Shown here piece after piece: positions 11,201-23,899 of a stretch of DNA of 64,000 nt. Both the position numbers and the translations under genes were made by a program. The stretch is taken from NCBI RefSeq assembly GCF_009914755.1, contig NC_060932.1, one strand, 5' to 3'. How positions within the stretch are numbered: the stretch's first letter is position 1; every line of letters begins with the position of its first letter. Source of the DNA: the human T2T-CHM13v2.0 reference genome, Homo sapiens. The notes beneath the pieces were generated by a model. The model saw only the letters and a list, made by a program, of their open reading frames with translations. It was not told where the DNA came from and searched no databases.

Positions 11201-13693
11201 TCAAGTGAGCTTTTCATTCCAGAAGCTGATTGATTTCTTTTTAAGGTGTTTATCTCTTCCTTAATTTTTGGATTGCTTTAGAAGTTTCTCTGTGTTAAAA
11301 CTTTTCAACCTCATGTTGGATCTCATTGAGCTTTCTTTCAATTTGTGCTTTTATTTCCTATTTGTTTTGACTGAGTTTCCATTTTCTTTAGGAACCATTG
11401 CTGGAGAGCTGGTGTAATTCTTTGGTGGTGTCACTACATTCAGATTTATCATGGTGCCAGAATTCTTGCCCCTATTCCTTCTCATCTGGAAATGCTGGCA
11501 TTTCTAATTTCTAGAATTACTTTCGTGCAGGTAGGATTCTTTTTTCTTTCTTTTCCTATGATAGTATTGCTTTTTTTTCTTTCCTTTCTTCCCTCCCTAG
11601 GAATGTGACTGTATAGAGTGCTTGGTAGGGTCTTTTGGCTTAGCTTCTATAGCCCTATGCACTTCTTTCAGTAGATTTTACATTGTGCTATACAGTTCAA
11701 TCTACAAGTTGATAGAGGAAATTTATAGGGAAGAGCTGGCCAGAACAGCTGGGTATGTACTTGATCCTTGTTTACTGGCAGAAACTCTCTGCTGCCTCTT
11801 GCAATAAGCTGATTCATGGAATACACAGTGGTCTGAGTTCCTGCTCCGCCCCAGGGTAGCAGGGGCCACAATGGATAGGGCCAGACAAAGCAGGTCTGCC
11901 TACAAGTCCCCCAGTGGCTGGCACAAGTGCCAAGGGAGAATTCATTGTGTGGCCACCAATCACCCAGAAGTGTCTCTAGGCATGGAGCTGGAAAACTTTC
12001 TCAGCCCCAAGTTTTCTATTTGGGTAAGGGGTTCACCTAAACCAATCCAGGACAGTGGGTGACTTAGATTTCTGGATATCTGCCTGAGCATGGAGTAGGG
12101 AGGCACCCCCACCCCTGCACCAAGATCTCTTCACAAGAGGATTGGGCAATTCAGGCTGCTGAGCCAGTCAAGCAGGTATTCTGAATGCCTGGAGATCTAC
12201 CTGGGAATATAGCAGAGAGGCCCCTGTGCCCCCCACCCCAGAATCTTTGCACAGGAAGGGTGGAGTGGCTCAGGCTGCTGATCCGGGCAAGCTGGTACTC
12301 TGAATGCCTGGAGATCTGCCTGGGCATGGAGAAGAGAAGGGCTCGCTGCACCATAATCTATGTCCAGAAAGGGCAGAATGGCTCAGGCTACTGAACCAGA
12401 TGAGGGAGTACTCTGAATTCTTGGAAATCTCCCTGAGTATGAAGGAAAAAGGGCCTCCTTGCATTAGGATCAATACACAGGAAGGGTTGGGTGGGTCAGG
12501 ATGCTGATCTAGGTGAGCAGGTACTCCAAATATCTGGAAGTCAGCTTGAACATGGAGCCCCACCCTGACCCGCCCCACCCTGCATCACCCTGCATCAAGA
12601 TCTCTTCACAGAAGAGGTGTGGTGACTCAGGCTGCTGAACCAATTAAGCAGGTACTCTGAATGCCTAGTGATCTGCATAAGCCTGTAGCAGAAAGGCCCC
12701 CTTACCCCTGCACCAGGATCTCTGCACAGGAATGGTAGGGCAGCTCAGGCTGCTGATCCAAGCAAGCTCATGCTCCAAATGCCTGAAGATTTGCTTGGCC
12801 ATGGAATGGAAAGGGCCTCACTGCACCACAATCTATGTCTAGGAAGGGTGGGGCCGCTCAGGCTGCTAGTTGAGGTAAGTGGGTGCTCTAAATGCCTGGA
12901 TTTTCACCTGGGAGTGAAAGGGTGGATCAGAGAGGGCCCTGCTGCACCCTGATCTCAGGGGAGAAGAGTGGGGCACCCAGCCATGGCACACACAGACAGG
13001 TTTCAAATCACCAAACTGGCTCTGGCTGTAAGTCTCTCTGTCCAGAAGAAACTGCAGCTGTAGCGGCTCTCTTATCATTCCAGACTTGCAGCAGGGAGAG
13101 CACAATTCTAGCATCGACTGCTAAGTCGTTTTCCACAGTTCTGGCTGCCCAGGCCCCCACCCTACTCCAGAGCAGGTGCTCCAATCTCTGGCCCAAGACT
13201 AAAATGCCTGCATGGCCACACCGCTAGGTGGTCAAGAATGGCTGACTTTGCCCATTTGGGTTAAAAATGATGCCCTGCTGTATTTCCAGATCTGGGAAAA
13301 TTGCCAGATCTGAGAAAAGCAATGACTTCAGCTTTTCCCATTGTCTTTCCTTCACAGTATCTCCAAGCCTCTCCCCAGGTTAGCTCTGGGGCTCAGGAGA
13401 AAAAAAAAGTGCTCTCCCTTGGCCTGGCTTTCTTTGATCCCCAGTGGAAATGTGAGTCACAGAGGGAGGCTCTCTGCTTCTCTCACGTATAGGAGATTCA
13501 CTCACTTTTATCATCCTGATGCCATCATGAGGGTTGTTTGCTGGCATTCTCCTTGCCAGGATCTGGAGAGTCCTTCATGTTTCTGTGGATTCCCATTTTC
13601 TTTCTTGAAGTAAAGCTAACAGAGTTGATCTTTATTCACTCTTGCTATTTCCAAGTGGCTGCTGCACTTAGAAACATCCAATCTACTACCCTG
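8270..13693 (-). mobile_element. L1PB-type LINE-1: 5'UTR, ORF1 and 5' half of ORF2; degenerate and 3'-truncated
   Basis: ORF2 start-like MIGSKTDISIFTWNVNGLN (ATG at 10432, minus strand). ORF2 peptides [32 protein letters not shown] and [36 protein letters not shown]1-like region about 10480-11480 and a long repeat-containing 5'UTR. Confidence 0.92.
12055..12960. repeat. Tandem array of 113-131-bp monomers in the L1 5'UTR, with 475-bp higher-order periodicity
   Basis: TCAGG(C/A)T(G/A)CT anchor at 12152, 12270, 12383, 12496, 12627, 12745 and 12858. Confidence 0.9.
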
Positions 13694-15209
13694 AAAAAAT
13701 GAAAACACTTTTCTAACATATTATCTCTGCACCTTTCACTTACCTGCACCAATACATGCTTTTGTTGCTTACATCAGTTGGTGTTGGGGTTTTGGTTTAT
13801 TTGAATCCAAAAGAGCTTAGAGCTCTTTTGTCAATGGGATTTTCACATAGACTTTGATAACTCTCAGATTGTGGCATCCTTAGATATCCTTGGTCTAGGG
13901 AGCTGGATGGCTGTTGTTGTAGAATGGATAAGGTAAGTTGCACTTGTAGCTGTCTCATATGTCATTTACTAATAAGTACCACCGTCTTTGATACAGTACA
14001 ACTTTTATAAGTCAAGATACCTTAACCACAATAGTAAATTTCTAAATAGATGCATTGTTAATTAATGTCATAGATGGTCTTTCTCCATGTATATATCAGT
14101 TCACTTAAGACTATAAACTTGAGACCAGATCGGATGAAACTATAACTGTTCTTTCATGCAAATCTCTGTGGCTTCTCTGTAAAGGAATGCCTTTTACAAC
14201 TGTACACTGGGTGAAATAACTGTATGGAATCTTACTCAGGCTTCAAATGGTTCTCACTAAGTGTTCTCTACCTTCTTACAAAACTTTAAGTAATAACAAT
14301 CTTCAAAACGCTAATATAAACCTCTAGATGCCTTCTGATCTCTTAGGAGCTGTGAGCAAATGTTATGCTAACATGCTCTGTTACAGCTGAGAAAATACAT
14401 CAAATTTGCTAGTGAACCACGTTATTGACAGAGCTCTGGGAATTCAACCCCATGAGCCTCAGAAGTTAGAAAGCAGAGCAAAGCTTATGCTAGAAAAATA
14501 AAGTCCTTTGACTATGGCCTTGATTTTTTAATTATAATACCCTAAAAGTTACAATTTTATTCGGCCTTCTCACCAGGCATTTAAAAAACAGGATTGCTGC
14601 ATCTTGCTTTTAAAGAGCATGTCTGCATGAAAACATAGTATGCCTCCACCTCCTGTGGAACTATCTAGTAATTCAAAGGCATATTTCATCTGAGTTGTCT
14701 AGACTGTCATTGCCATTGGAAAATTAAAAATAAAAATGTTCAGTTCTTACTGTGCTGCGGAATGCAGGAATGAGGATACTCAGAGAGCCCATAACTTTAA
14801 AAGTACAGGCCACAATTCCACTCTGAAAACAAAACAAGCCCAAGAGTGTTTGCTATGACTTTATAAAGGAGCTTTAAAAGATTTAGAGTTAAAATAAAAC
14901 AACTCTTCCAGAACTGGAGGTATGGGACCCATAACCAGTGTGTGCGCTATCTATCTTGTCTTCCGGGGAGAGTTGCTAGGCAGGCAAGGTCACATAAAAT
15001 CCCATTGGAATAAACTTCTTGATATGTCCAAACTGTTTGATTGTAATAGAATTTGGGGACAATTATTGTGCTGCTAGAAATCACATTTGAAAAACTGTTA
15101 GGGCCGGAGATGAAATAGAACTTATCCATCTTTTCTGTAGTTAAATCAGTGGGAGAAGAATCTTGAGCCTAATTCATTCGGGGAAATAACATGCCCAGCC
15201 AACCTGGGA

Positions 15210-15425
15210 ATGACTCCAGCTTTGGAATTAAAAAGACCTGGGCTCATATCTTAGCTCTGTCAATTTCCATTAGGTTATTTAAACTCTCTGGAACTTACTT
15301 TTCTCATAGATAAAATAGTGATACCTATCTTAGAATATAGTAATAATGGTTAAATTGAATCATGTATTTAAAGCCAATATCCTGGTAACAGATACTAACA
15401 AATGCATATAAATGATAGTTATGGA
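15210..15425 (+). mobile_element. MIR SINE
   Basis: CTTTGGAATTAAAAAGACCTGGGCTCATATCTTAGCTCTG...TTTAAACTCTCTG...TTTTCTCATAGATAAAATAGTGATA. Confidence 0.7.
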
Positions 15426-15635
15426 ACACGGGCATGACAACAAGCATAGTACTTTCCAGATTCTTTTCTATCTTTTAGCTTCAATTATTCAGGAGGGAAA
15501 TAGACCATTTTGTTTAACTTTAAATTTGGGATTTGGGGAGGATTTTGCTTAGAAGATAGAGGTGGGGAAGATAGAGGAAGTTTTAAAGGTAATTGCTTTC
15601 AACTTTTGCTCTGATTTTGAATTCAGGACAATAGC

Positions 15636-15900
15636 TTTATTCACTTATATTAAAAAATACTTATAATGTGATTCCTATTTGCCAGATTCTGTCTTAGTCC
15701 TGAGGACACAGAAATTAACAAGCTGGATACCATCTTCGGCCCTGTACAACTTGCTGTAAATCATGGGACATGGATGTTAACAAAGTAATTGCACAAATAA
15801 TTGTGCACAACTGTATCAATTGCTATCAAGGGAAAATATTATGTGTTCGGAGAGTATTTAATGAGGAAATCTAATGAAAAGCATAGGTTTCTATTTCCTG
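15636..15900 (-). mobile_element. L2 3' fragment
   Basis: TTTATTCACTT...AAATACTTATAATGTGATTCCTATTTGCCAG...GAGGACACAGAAATTAACAAG matches the reverse L2 end. Confidence 0.6.
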
Positions 15901-16689
15901 AAGTAAGATTCATCCCCAGGGGAAATGTGAAGGTTGAAGAGTTTTTCCTCAAAATGCTTTCCAAAACCATGTGGTTCTCTTCCTAGTTGAGGGAACTAGT
16001 TTCTTGTAGTCCTTTGACAATGACTCTGTATTACTTATCTTTGCATTCCCAGAACTTAAGAAAGGTGCTGGTTATATCATCTTTGGATATATCCAAAGAG
16101 TGGAATGGGAAAGTGACTAATGATTGTCCATCTTATTTATTTATAATACACAGAAATTAAGGACATTTCCATTTCTATGTAATACAACCCTCCAGCTGGG
16201 CACTGACCGCTACCCAAACTGTCTTATCTCCATCCCCTCACCCAAGGAAGAGGAGTTCCTCAGCCACCCCTGTGTTGCCTCCTTCTGACTCATTCCTTTG
16301 AACTTCCACCTGTTAGATAGGCCTAGAGTTCTCTTATCAGGGCACTACGCATGCTTAAACCTTTTCTAAATTTGCCAAACTAAATATCCTATAGCTGATT
16401 GAGGACGCTTGGTCCTCACTAGGAATGGTGAACCATGATGAGGATGAGGAATAATGGTAGAGTACAAGGAAAAAGAGAGAAAAGCTCTATGATATATGTA
16501 ATTTTGATCTTGGTAATTCCTGTTTAATACTGCATTTCCCTTCCACCAAAATCATTGCTGGTAAATTTATTGAGCAAAGTAAAATAAATTATAGAGCATT
16601 AGAGTTGGAAGGAACCTTGAAGTTTGTATCAATTAGGTTTCTGATAAGTGGCAGAAAACATTTCAGAAAACATACCTTACCAATAAGGT

Positions 16690-17720
16690 ACTGTATTAGT
16701 TGACTCAAGTGTTAAAAAAGAAAACAGTCTGGAGGTCCTGTCTAGTACTACATTGCCTGATCAAAGTTTTAGAATCTGGCTTCTATCTCTTAGCCACATT
16801 GTGAAATTGTGGAAGATACTACAGATTTACCTGCTCAATATTCATGCATGTTTTTCTAGGATGTCTTCCGTATTTCAAACTATGTAAAACTCCAAACTGC
16901 ATTTCTAGTCTTCCTTCTGGCTGTGAGTAGATACGATTTGAGTTGTGCCAAACCATGGCATTTTCATGGGACACAGATTTGAAACTGGATGAGGGGTGGA
17001 TAAGGTTGATATGTTAGGCATCCATTTTTATGGCTTCTATTATGGCTGAGGCAATGTGGTCCATCAGTAGACAATTCCTGAGTCAGTGATTTTCTGTGGT
17101 GGGGGTGGAAGCTTTCCTGATCACGGTAGATGCAGCCCAGGTCTGTGGTCAGTAGATTCTTAATTTAGTACTTTTCCCACATTGGTAATGGAAGTTCTCA
17201 CAATTACAGCAGAGATAATGTGATTCTGAATGCTAGGAAGTTTTCTGGGAAGTCCAGCCTATATCTAGCTCTTCACCTACCTCACATTTGGTAGGCTTCG
17301 ATGGAACTCTCCTTCTGCTTAAACTAGTTATAGTAGTTTATATTGTCTGCAACTGACCCTTATCTGATCTGACTTTATTCTTACCTTCTGTGTAGGAAGA
17401 GGAGGGCTGTAACAAACACAAGCCATATATTAGCCAAGATTCAATTTCATAGGAAAAACACACGCTTGCCTGAGTCTCATTCTGTCCCTCTCAAAAATTA
17501 CAACTAAAGTTTTATTTGAACTGATTGCCTCCAAATGGGTCATGTGCCCAATTTAAAGAAATTACTGGGAACCCAGGACAGCATTACCACCTTGAGTCAC
17601 ATGTTCATCATTGGTGATGAGACAGAGTGTATTCCACGTGGCAAAACACTGAGGGATTAGGAGTCTGTTTTCATCAAAGGCATGCCATAAATCAGCAGGT
17701 CCTAGAACACAATGCTACTA
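16690..17720. mobile_element. Old ERVL/MaLR LTR fragments (MLT1- and LTR33-like), probably nested
   Basis: Motifs such as GGGTCATGTGCCCAA, GAGTCACATGTTCA and CTTCTGCTTAAACTAG...GTCTGCAACTGA. Highly diverged. Confidence 0.35.
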
Positions 17721-18429
17721 TCACTTTCCAATCACTCAGTCTTTGCAAGTTGATAGTGTACAAAGCTGACTTATTTCTAATGAGCATAAAGTCCTAGAGT
17801 GAGATCCTTTAAGACAAAAAGTCTTTTTGAACCTTCTTCACTCATCATCCAAGACTTACTCTCCATCTGATATCATTTTCTAAGCAAGGCGTCGATTATT
17901 TATTCTTGATTTGGATAAAAATTTGTATCTTTATTTGAAACTGTTTTTGTAATGGTTTCTCCATCTTTAAAAATAAGTATTATGTATTGAGCAACACTTA
18001 GGTAGCAGGCACTGTACATGGTCTTTTATATATTGCATTCACTTTAGTCCTCTATGTAAATTTTGTGGAAAATTAATTGGAATTTTCTTGTTTATCAGAG
18101 AGACAAATCCTATTCAAAGGGGTTCAGGGAAAAGAAGGTCACTGCACTACATAACATCAAAAACAAAGACAGAGTTTTAGCTTGAGACACTTAAAATCTA
18201 AATATCCAACAATATAAAGTCAGTTTAGTTAGTGATTATTTAAGGGAAAACATACTATAAAAAGTTTAAACATTATTTTAGAAAAATTATATAAAATTAT
18301 TAATAATATGGTAAATATAAAAGCCAGAATATAAAACAATACAGAGTAATTTAATTTTATATGTATGTGTTATACACATATGTACACCAATAATTGTATA
18401 TATAATCAAACACAAAGATATCACATTAT

Positions 18430-19660
18430 TTTTATGATTTCATCATAGACCATTAAATATGTTACCATAGTCTGAAACCAGCTTTGAAATGCATTTAGGA
18501 CAAACCCAAGAACAAATTACCCATTTTTTAAAACAAAGTTTAAAAACATTTATAGAATATGAAATTATCCAGTCCCTGACAATGTTATATTCACAACTTT
18601 TGACAACCAATAAAAAATTACTGGGCATGTAAATAAGAAGGAAAATATGACATGTGAGAAGAAAAATCGGTTGACAGAAACCAATCCAGAAATGGCACAA
18701 ATGATAAAATTAGTAGACAAGGAATACGTGTTAAAGAAAATAGAGAAAAATTGATCAGGTTACTTAGAGACATGGAAGATATAATCAAAGACCAAATTAA
18801 AAATCTAAAGGTAAAAAATACAATGTCTGTGATAAAAATATGCACTGGATGCAATTAATAGAAAATTAGACACTACAGAAGAAAAGGTTAGTGAATTCAA
18901 ACAGATAAAGCCATGTCTTCATTTAAAATGAAACCCAGAAACAAACAAACAAACAAACAACAAACAAACAAAGCATCCGTGAGCTCTGGGATAGTTTTAA
19001 GTTGCCTAGTACATGGGTAAGTTGAGTCCCTGAAGTAGAAGTGGGGCACAGAAAAAATATTTGAAGTAATAATGGCTGAAACTTATCTGAATTTAAAACT
19101 CAACAGTAAGAAAACAAACAACTCAATTTACAAATTAACAAAGAGAAGACTATGGAGACATTCAAATAATTGGTGGTTGCCAGGGGCTGCAGGGGAGGGG
19201 AGTAGACTGAGTGAAGTGAGGGATGGAAGAATAGGTAGAGTCCGAGGGAAACTCTTCTCTATAACACTGTAGCAGTGGATACATTCATTACACATTTGTC
19301 GAAACCCATAGAATGTACAACACAAAGAATGAACGCTATAGTTTATTCTATTATTAGTTAATAACAATGGATCAATATTGGCTCATCAATTGTAACAAAT
19401 GTACCACACTAATGAAAAATGTTAATCAGAGAGGAATCTGGGGAGTGGTTGAGGGAGTATGTGGAAACTCATGTACTTTCTGCCCAATTTTTCTATTAAT
19501 CTAAAACTGCTTTGTAAAAAGCCTATTAAATAAAATTTTCTTTAAAAAATCTGAATTTGATAAAAACCATAAACAAACAGATTAAAGATGCTCAAAGCAA
19601 CCAAAGAACAAGAAACACATAGAAAACCATATGAAGCACATTAAAATTAAATTTCTTGAG
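18430..19660 (+). mobile_element. Old L1M ORF1 region, interrupted at 19095-19548
   Basis: A-rich ORF1-like text (AAAAATTACTGGGCATG...GAAGAAAAGGTTAGTGAA...GAAAAAATATTTGAAGTAATAATGGCTGAAAC) that resumes at 19549 (AATTTGATAAAAACCATAAAC...GATGCTCAA). Confidence 0.75.
19095..19548 (+). mobile_element. L1MC-type 3' end inserted into the older L1 ORF1
   Basis: L1MC 3'UTR text (GGTGGTTGCCAGGGG...GGATACATTCATTACACATTTGTCGAAACCCATAGAATGTACAACAC...CTAAAACTGCT). 10-bp direct repeat ATCTGAATTT at 19085-19094 and 19549-19558. Confidence 0.8.
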
Positions 19661-19661
19661 C

Positions 19662-20460
19662 GGTATGTAGTGGGTAGTCATTTATGTCTGGTTGTTTTTC
19701 ACTTACCATAACTCTTTTTGTTGGGTACATGAGAAGTTTTTTGCTTTTTATTGCTGAGTAATATTCAACTAGTATACTACTTTTTTTTTTTAAACCTATT
19801 CAATAGTTGATAGGTGAATTCTTTACAGTCTTGGGCTATTATAAATAAAGCTACTATACACATTGAAATACAAGTCTCTGTGTTAATACATATTTTTATT
19901 TCTTTTACATAAATATAAGGAATGGAATTGCTTGTTCATATAGTAAATATGCAAGACAGTTTGAAATAGTTTTCAAAGTGGCTGTATCATTTTGCATTCC
20001 CACAAGAAGTGTCTCAGAGTTCCAGTTTTGCCAGCACTGGGTAGTGCTAGTTTGTTTGTTGCTTGCTTTTAGTTTTAGCCATTCTAGCAGTGCACATTGT
20101 GATTGTAGTTTACTTTTTTTCTGATGAGTAATAATATTGAACACCTCTTCATGTGCTTCTTTGCCATCTGTATGTCTTCGATGGTTAAGTGTCTGTTTAA
20201 ATTATTTCCCCATTTTTCTATTAGGTTATTTGTGATTTCACTACTGAGTTACAAGAGCTTTTAAAATATTTGGGTATATGTTCTTTATCGTGTATGTTTT
20301 CTCTCAGTCTGTGATTTGCTTTCCTTCTGTGCCTGGCTTATTTCACTTGCGTCTTATTTTCTAAATTGTGTTTTAAAAGGCAAAGATTCTTACTTTGAGG
20401 ATAAATTTATCAATGTTTTCTTTCATACTTTGTCCTTCTTTCTGTTCTGTTTAAAGAAAC
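19662..20460 (-). mobile_element. L1M (L1MB/ME-like) 3' fragment
   Basis: Reverse L1 3' text (TTGGGCTATTATAAATAAAGCTACTA...GTGGCTGTATCATTTTGCATTCCCAC...TTTAGCCATTCTAG). ORF fragment QCWQNWNSETLLVGMQNDTATLK. Confidence 0.8.
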
Positions 20461-21130
20461 ACCAAGTTTAGACAAAACACTGTTTATTCTGGCTTTATGT
20501 CCTTCTTACTTTTCTAGTATTTCCTTAAATTGTTTTGTGAATCTTTGTTTTATTTTGTATTTATTCTTAGATGACAAAATTACAGAGTATCAAAACACTT
20601 GTGAACATTTATTAGTTCATGAAATCTAAAATGATGGAAACTCCTAAGGTAGGAAATAATTAAAGTAAGTTACCTGGTCCAAGAGAAAAATCCCTAGATG
20701 GAGATCACATAGCTCTGAGGTTTACTGGTATTTCTTTACCAAGAGTCCTGTCACTTTGGGAAAATTGTTTCTGTGATTCAGTTTTCTCCTTTGAAAACTG
20801 GAAGATTAAACTGAATAACACCTAAGTTGACTTCTTGATCTAATATCCTAAGACTTTCAAGTAGTTTTAGAATCAATTTTTAATATTGTTTCTTAGAAGA
20901 AATATAATAAATCTATCAGATATTGAGGTTTCTTCCAGAAACCTAAAATAGTCATATTAAAGAGATGTCTGATCTATCAAGTTACATCAACCAACAATGT
21001 TCATTAGTCATTCAGTTTTTCCAGGAAAATTATATTATGAAATACTTGTGTGGTTTTTATGTGTCAGACATTTCCCTAAGTGCATATGTTGGGGGGATGA
21101 GGGGGTATGTGCATGTGTGTGTACACTCAA

Positions 21131-21358
21131 TCACTACCACCTTTATCTCCTGGGTTCAAGCAATTCTCGTGCCTCAGCCTCCCTAGTAGCTGGAATTACA
21201 AGTGTGTGCCACCACGCGCAGCCAATTTTTGTATTTTTAGTAGAGACGGGATTTCACCATGTTGGCTAGGCTGATCTCGAACTCCTGGACTTAAGTGATC
21301 TGCCTGTCTGAGCCTCCCAAAGTGCTGGAATTACAGGCATGAGCCACCATGGCCAGCC
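21131..21358 (-). mobile_element. AluS lacking its 3' end and tail
   Basis: CTCCTGGGTTCAAGCAATTCTCGTGCCTCAGCC...CCCAAAGTGCTGGAATTACAGGCATGAGCCACC. Confidence 0.9.
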
Positions 21359-21359
21359 T

Positions 21360-21550
21360 CATTTAATTATTTCTAACAACTAAGCAAAGTAACTGCTATC
21401 CATATCTCTTTTTATTTACAATTTTATAAAATAGCAACTTAAGGCATAGAGAGGTTAAACAAAATCCCCCAGATCATGTGGTCAGTTAAAGACAGACCTG
21501 GGATTTGAACTTGGCTGGGATTGAACTTAACCAGAATGCAATACTAACTG
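21360..21550 (-). mobile_element. MIR SINE fragment
   Basis: AACTTAAGGCATAGAGAGGTTAAAC...CCCAGATCATG...CTGGGATTTGAAC. Confidence 0.65.
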
Positions 21551-21560
21551 TCATGAAACC

Positions 21561-21982
21561 TGTATTAGTCTGTTTTGAATTGTTATAAAGGAATACCTGA
21601 GGCTAGGTAATTTGCAAAGAGAAGAGGTTTATTTGGCTCACAGTCCTGCAGACTATACAAGAAACATGGCACCAGCATCTGCTTGGCTTCTGGTGAGACT
21701 TCAGGAAGCTTACAATCATGGCAGAAGGCAGAGGGGAAGCAGACATGTCACATAGCGACAGAGGGAACGAGAGAGAGGGAGAAGGTGCCAGACTCCTTTA
21801 AACAAACAAATCACACTTAAACTCACAGACTGAGAACTCACTCATTACCTCACCAGCAGCACCAACCCATTCATGAGAGATCCACACCCACGACCCAAAC
21901 ATCTCCCCCAGGCCCACCTCCAACATTGGAAGTCACAGGTCCTCATGAGAATTGGAGGGGACAAGACGTCCAAATCATATCA
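21561..21982 (-). mobile_element. MST (MSTA/MSTB) solo LTR
   Basis: TGTATTAGTCTGTTTT...CATGGCACCAGCATCTGCTTGGCTTCTGGTGAG...CCAAATCATATCA. TSD AAACC (21556-60) / AAACT (21983-87). Confidence 0.92.
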
Positions 21983-22205
21983 AAACTTGACAGAGTTTTC
22001 ATTCCCTTTGTAATTTTAATGTTTAAGGTGCAATTTAAGACAGAAAATGCAGGACCATTGCTGAAATTTCACATTAGGCACTTGTCCCCTCTCCCTCTGC
22101 CCCATACACTCAACAAAGTCTTCATCTCTCTGATAGTAGCCATAGATAATCAGAGAACAATCTGAAGGGCTTATGATTCTGGACAAATCCAAGGACTGAA
22201 GTACC

Positions 22206-22342
22206 TTTCTTTTTTTTTTTTTTTTTTTTTTTTGAGAGGGAGTCTCGCTCTGTTGCCCAGGCTGGAGTGCAGTGGTGCGATCGCGACCTCCCAGGTTCAC
22301 GCCATTCTCCTGCCTTAGCCTGCTGAGTAGCTGGGACTACAG
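22206..22342 (-). mobile_element. 5'-truncated AluY-like right arm with a small internal deletion
   Basis: Long poly(T), then GAGTCTCGCTCTGTTGCCCAGGCTGGAGTGCAGTGG, then the AluY-type GGTTCACGCCATTCTCCTGCC. Confidence 0.88.
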
Positions 22343-22959
22343 CATCTTTCAATTTTTTAAGCTGAGCCCTCTCTGTTTTCCGAAAAAATAAAAAAACACT
22401 CCCTATGAGAGATCAGTGATATCCCTCCCCCACTCTCTAAAATGTATTCTTTGCTAAAACCAACACTATTACCATAACTGCTTAGTTACAGAATTCTTAT
22501 AAATTAGAGTAAAAAATGTAACAGGTGATATTTAAATCAATCAGCTCCTGCAGGTAACCTTTGCTGGAGTCCTAGGCTCCATCCACATGGATTACATTTA
22601 TCCTAAATCATCTCTCCTGATATTCAGAACACCAACTCTGTGCAGATCATCACTTTCACATTATACGGAAGGTACATGGTATCTGATTAATAGAAAAACA
22701 AATAATCCCATTGTCTCTTTTATCTATTTCTCCACTAGACAAGTATCTCAAACTTTTGACTTATTTTTGATGAAGTGAATCATGGTAGACCCATATTGTA
22801 GCTTTCTGTGGGGAAAAAATTTTCCGTGGGGTCATGAGCACATAATAAAACTTCACTCAATCCTTATCATAATATGTGTATAATAGCATTTATCCTAACA
22901 TGCTTTACTGAATGTTTGTGAATTACTGTTGATAAATAATATAGTAGGTGATTTTCTAA

Positions 22960-23132
22960 ATTGCATGACATGTGCGGTATCACTCAATGCTCTCAAGTAT
23001 CCTGTGGAAAAGCCAGGGCTACAGAAGGAGAATAACTTGCCCAAGATGACAGAGCTAGTGATGGAGATAGGATTCAAATTCTAGTTGCCTGACTCCGGAA
23101 CTCACATTCGCAATCACTATACCATACAGCCT
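22960..23132 (-). mobile_element. MIR SINE
   Basis: AATAACTTGCCCAAGATGACAGAGCTAGTGATGGAGATAGGATTCAAATTCTAG...GACTCC. Confidence 0.75.
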
Positions 23133-23899
23133 CTCCCACAAAATAGGTATAATTAGGATTTACCTTTACATCAGTGTTGCACTACAGGTTTATATATATT
23201 AGTCCAGCTAAATGTCACCATGACTATATGAGGTGAATATGGTCCAGGAACACTGGACTACATATTAGAATCCTTGAGGTCTCTGACTAGCTAAAGTACA
23301 AATGGATGAGCCCTTTCCTTTCTTTGATTCTCATTTTGATCATCTTTTAAATGAGGTAGATGGATTAGTGGATGAAGTCCTAATTAGAATCCGTTGTCTT
23401 TATTCAGTTACAGTGACCTTTAAAAGGGAAGAATGGAAATTTTAGATGGAGAGAGACATCTACCCTATAATTATGAGAATATATAATTAGGGCTAGTTGT
23501 CAAGCACTTCCACGGAGTTCCAGAGATGAAAATAACAAACAAGAAGCAGAGGTGGTCTGCAGATGACTTAGCGTTTAAAACTCCAACTTTGTGTTCACTG
23601 CTACAGGCTCTTAGGCTTATCTATTATGGTACCTGGAAGGGAACATGTTTTCTATCACAAACTTAGCCCTGGAACTTATGTGTATATTTTGCTATTTTCT
23701 GCTCCAGTGTATTATTTCCTAATAATATGAGATTGATGGACACTTTAAAACACTAATTTTTGTTTTGTTTGTTTGTTTGTTTTCTTTCTCGATCTGTTTG
23801 CTTTGGGTAGTGAGGCTTATTGCTTCTTCTTCATAAGACTAACACCAAGAAGTGTAAATTTAAGTATCAGGTCTTTATTGTTAGGCAATGTGTAATGGA

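Noticed and set aside
12055-12960. Tandem array as a CRISPR-like or coding repeat
   Set aside because: Whole monomers are homologous with no unique spacers, and the array lies inside an L1 5'UTR.
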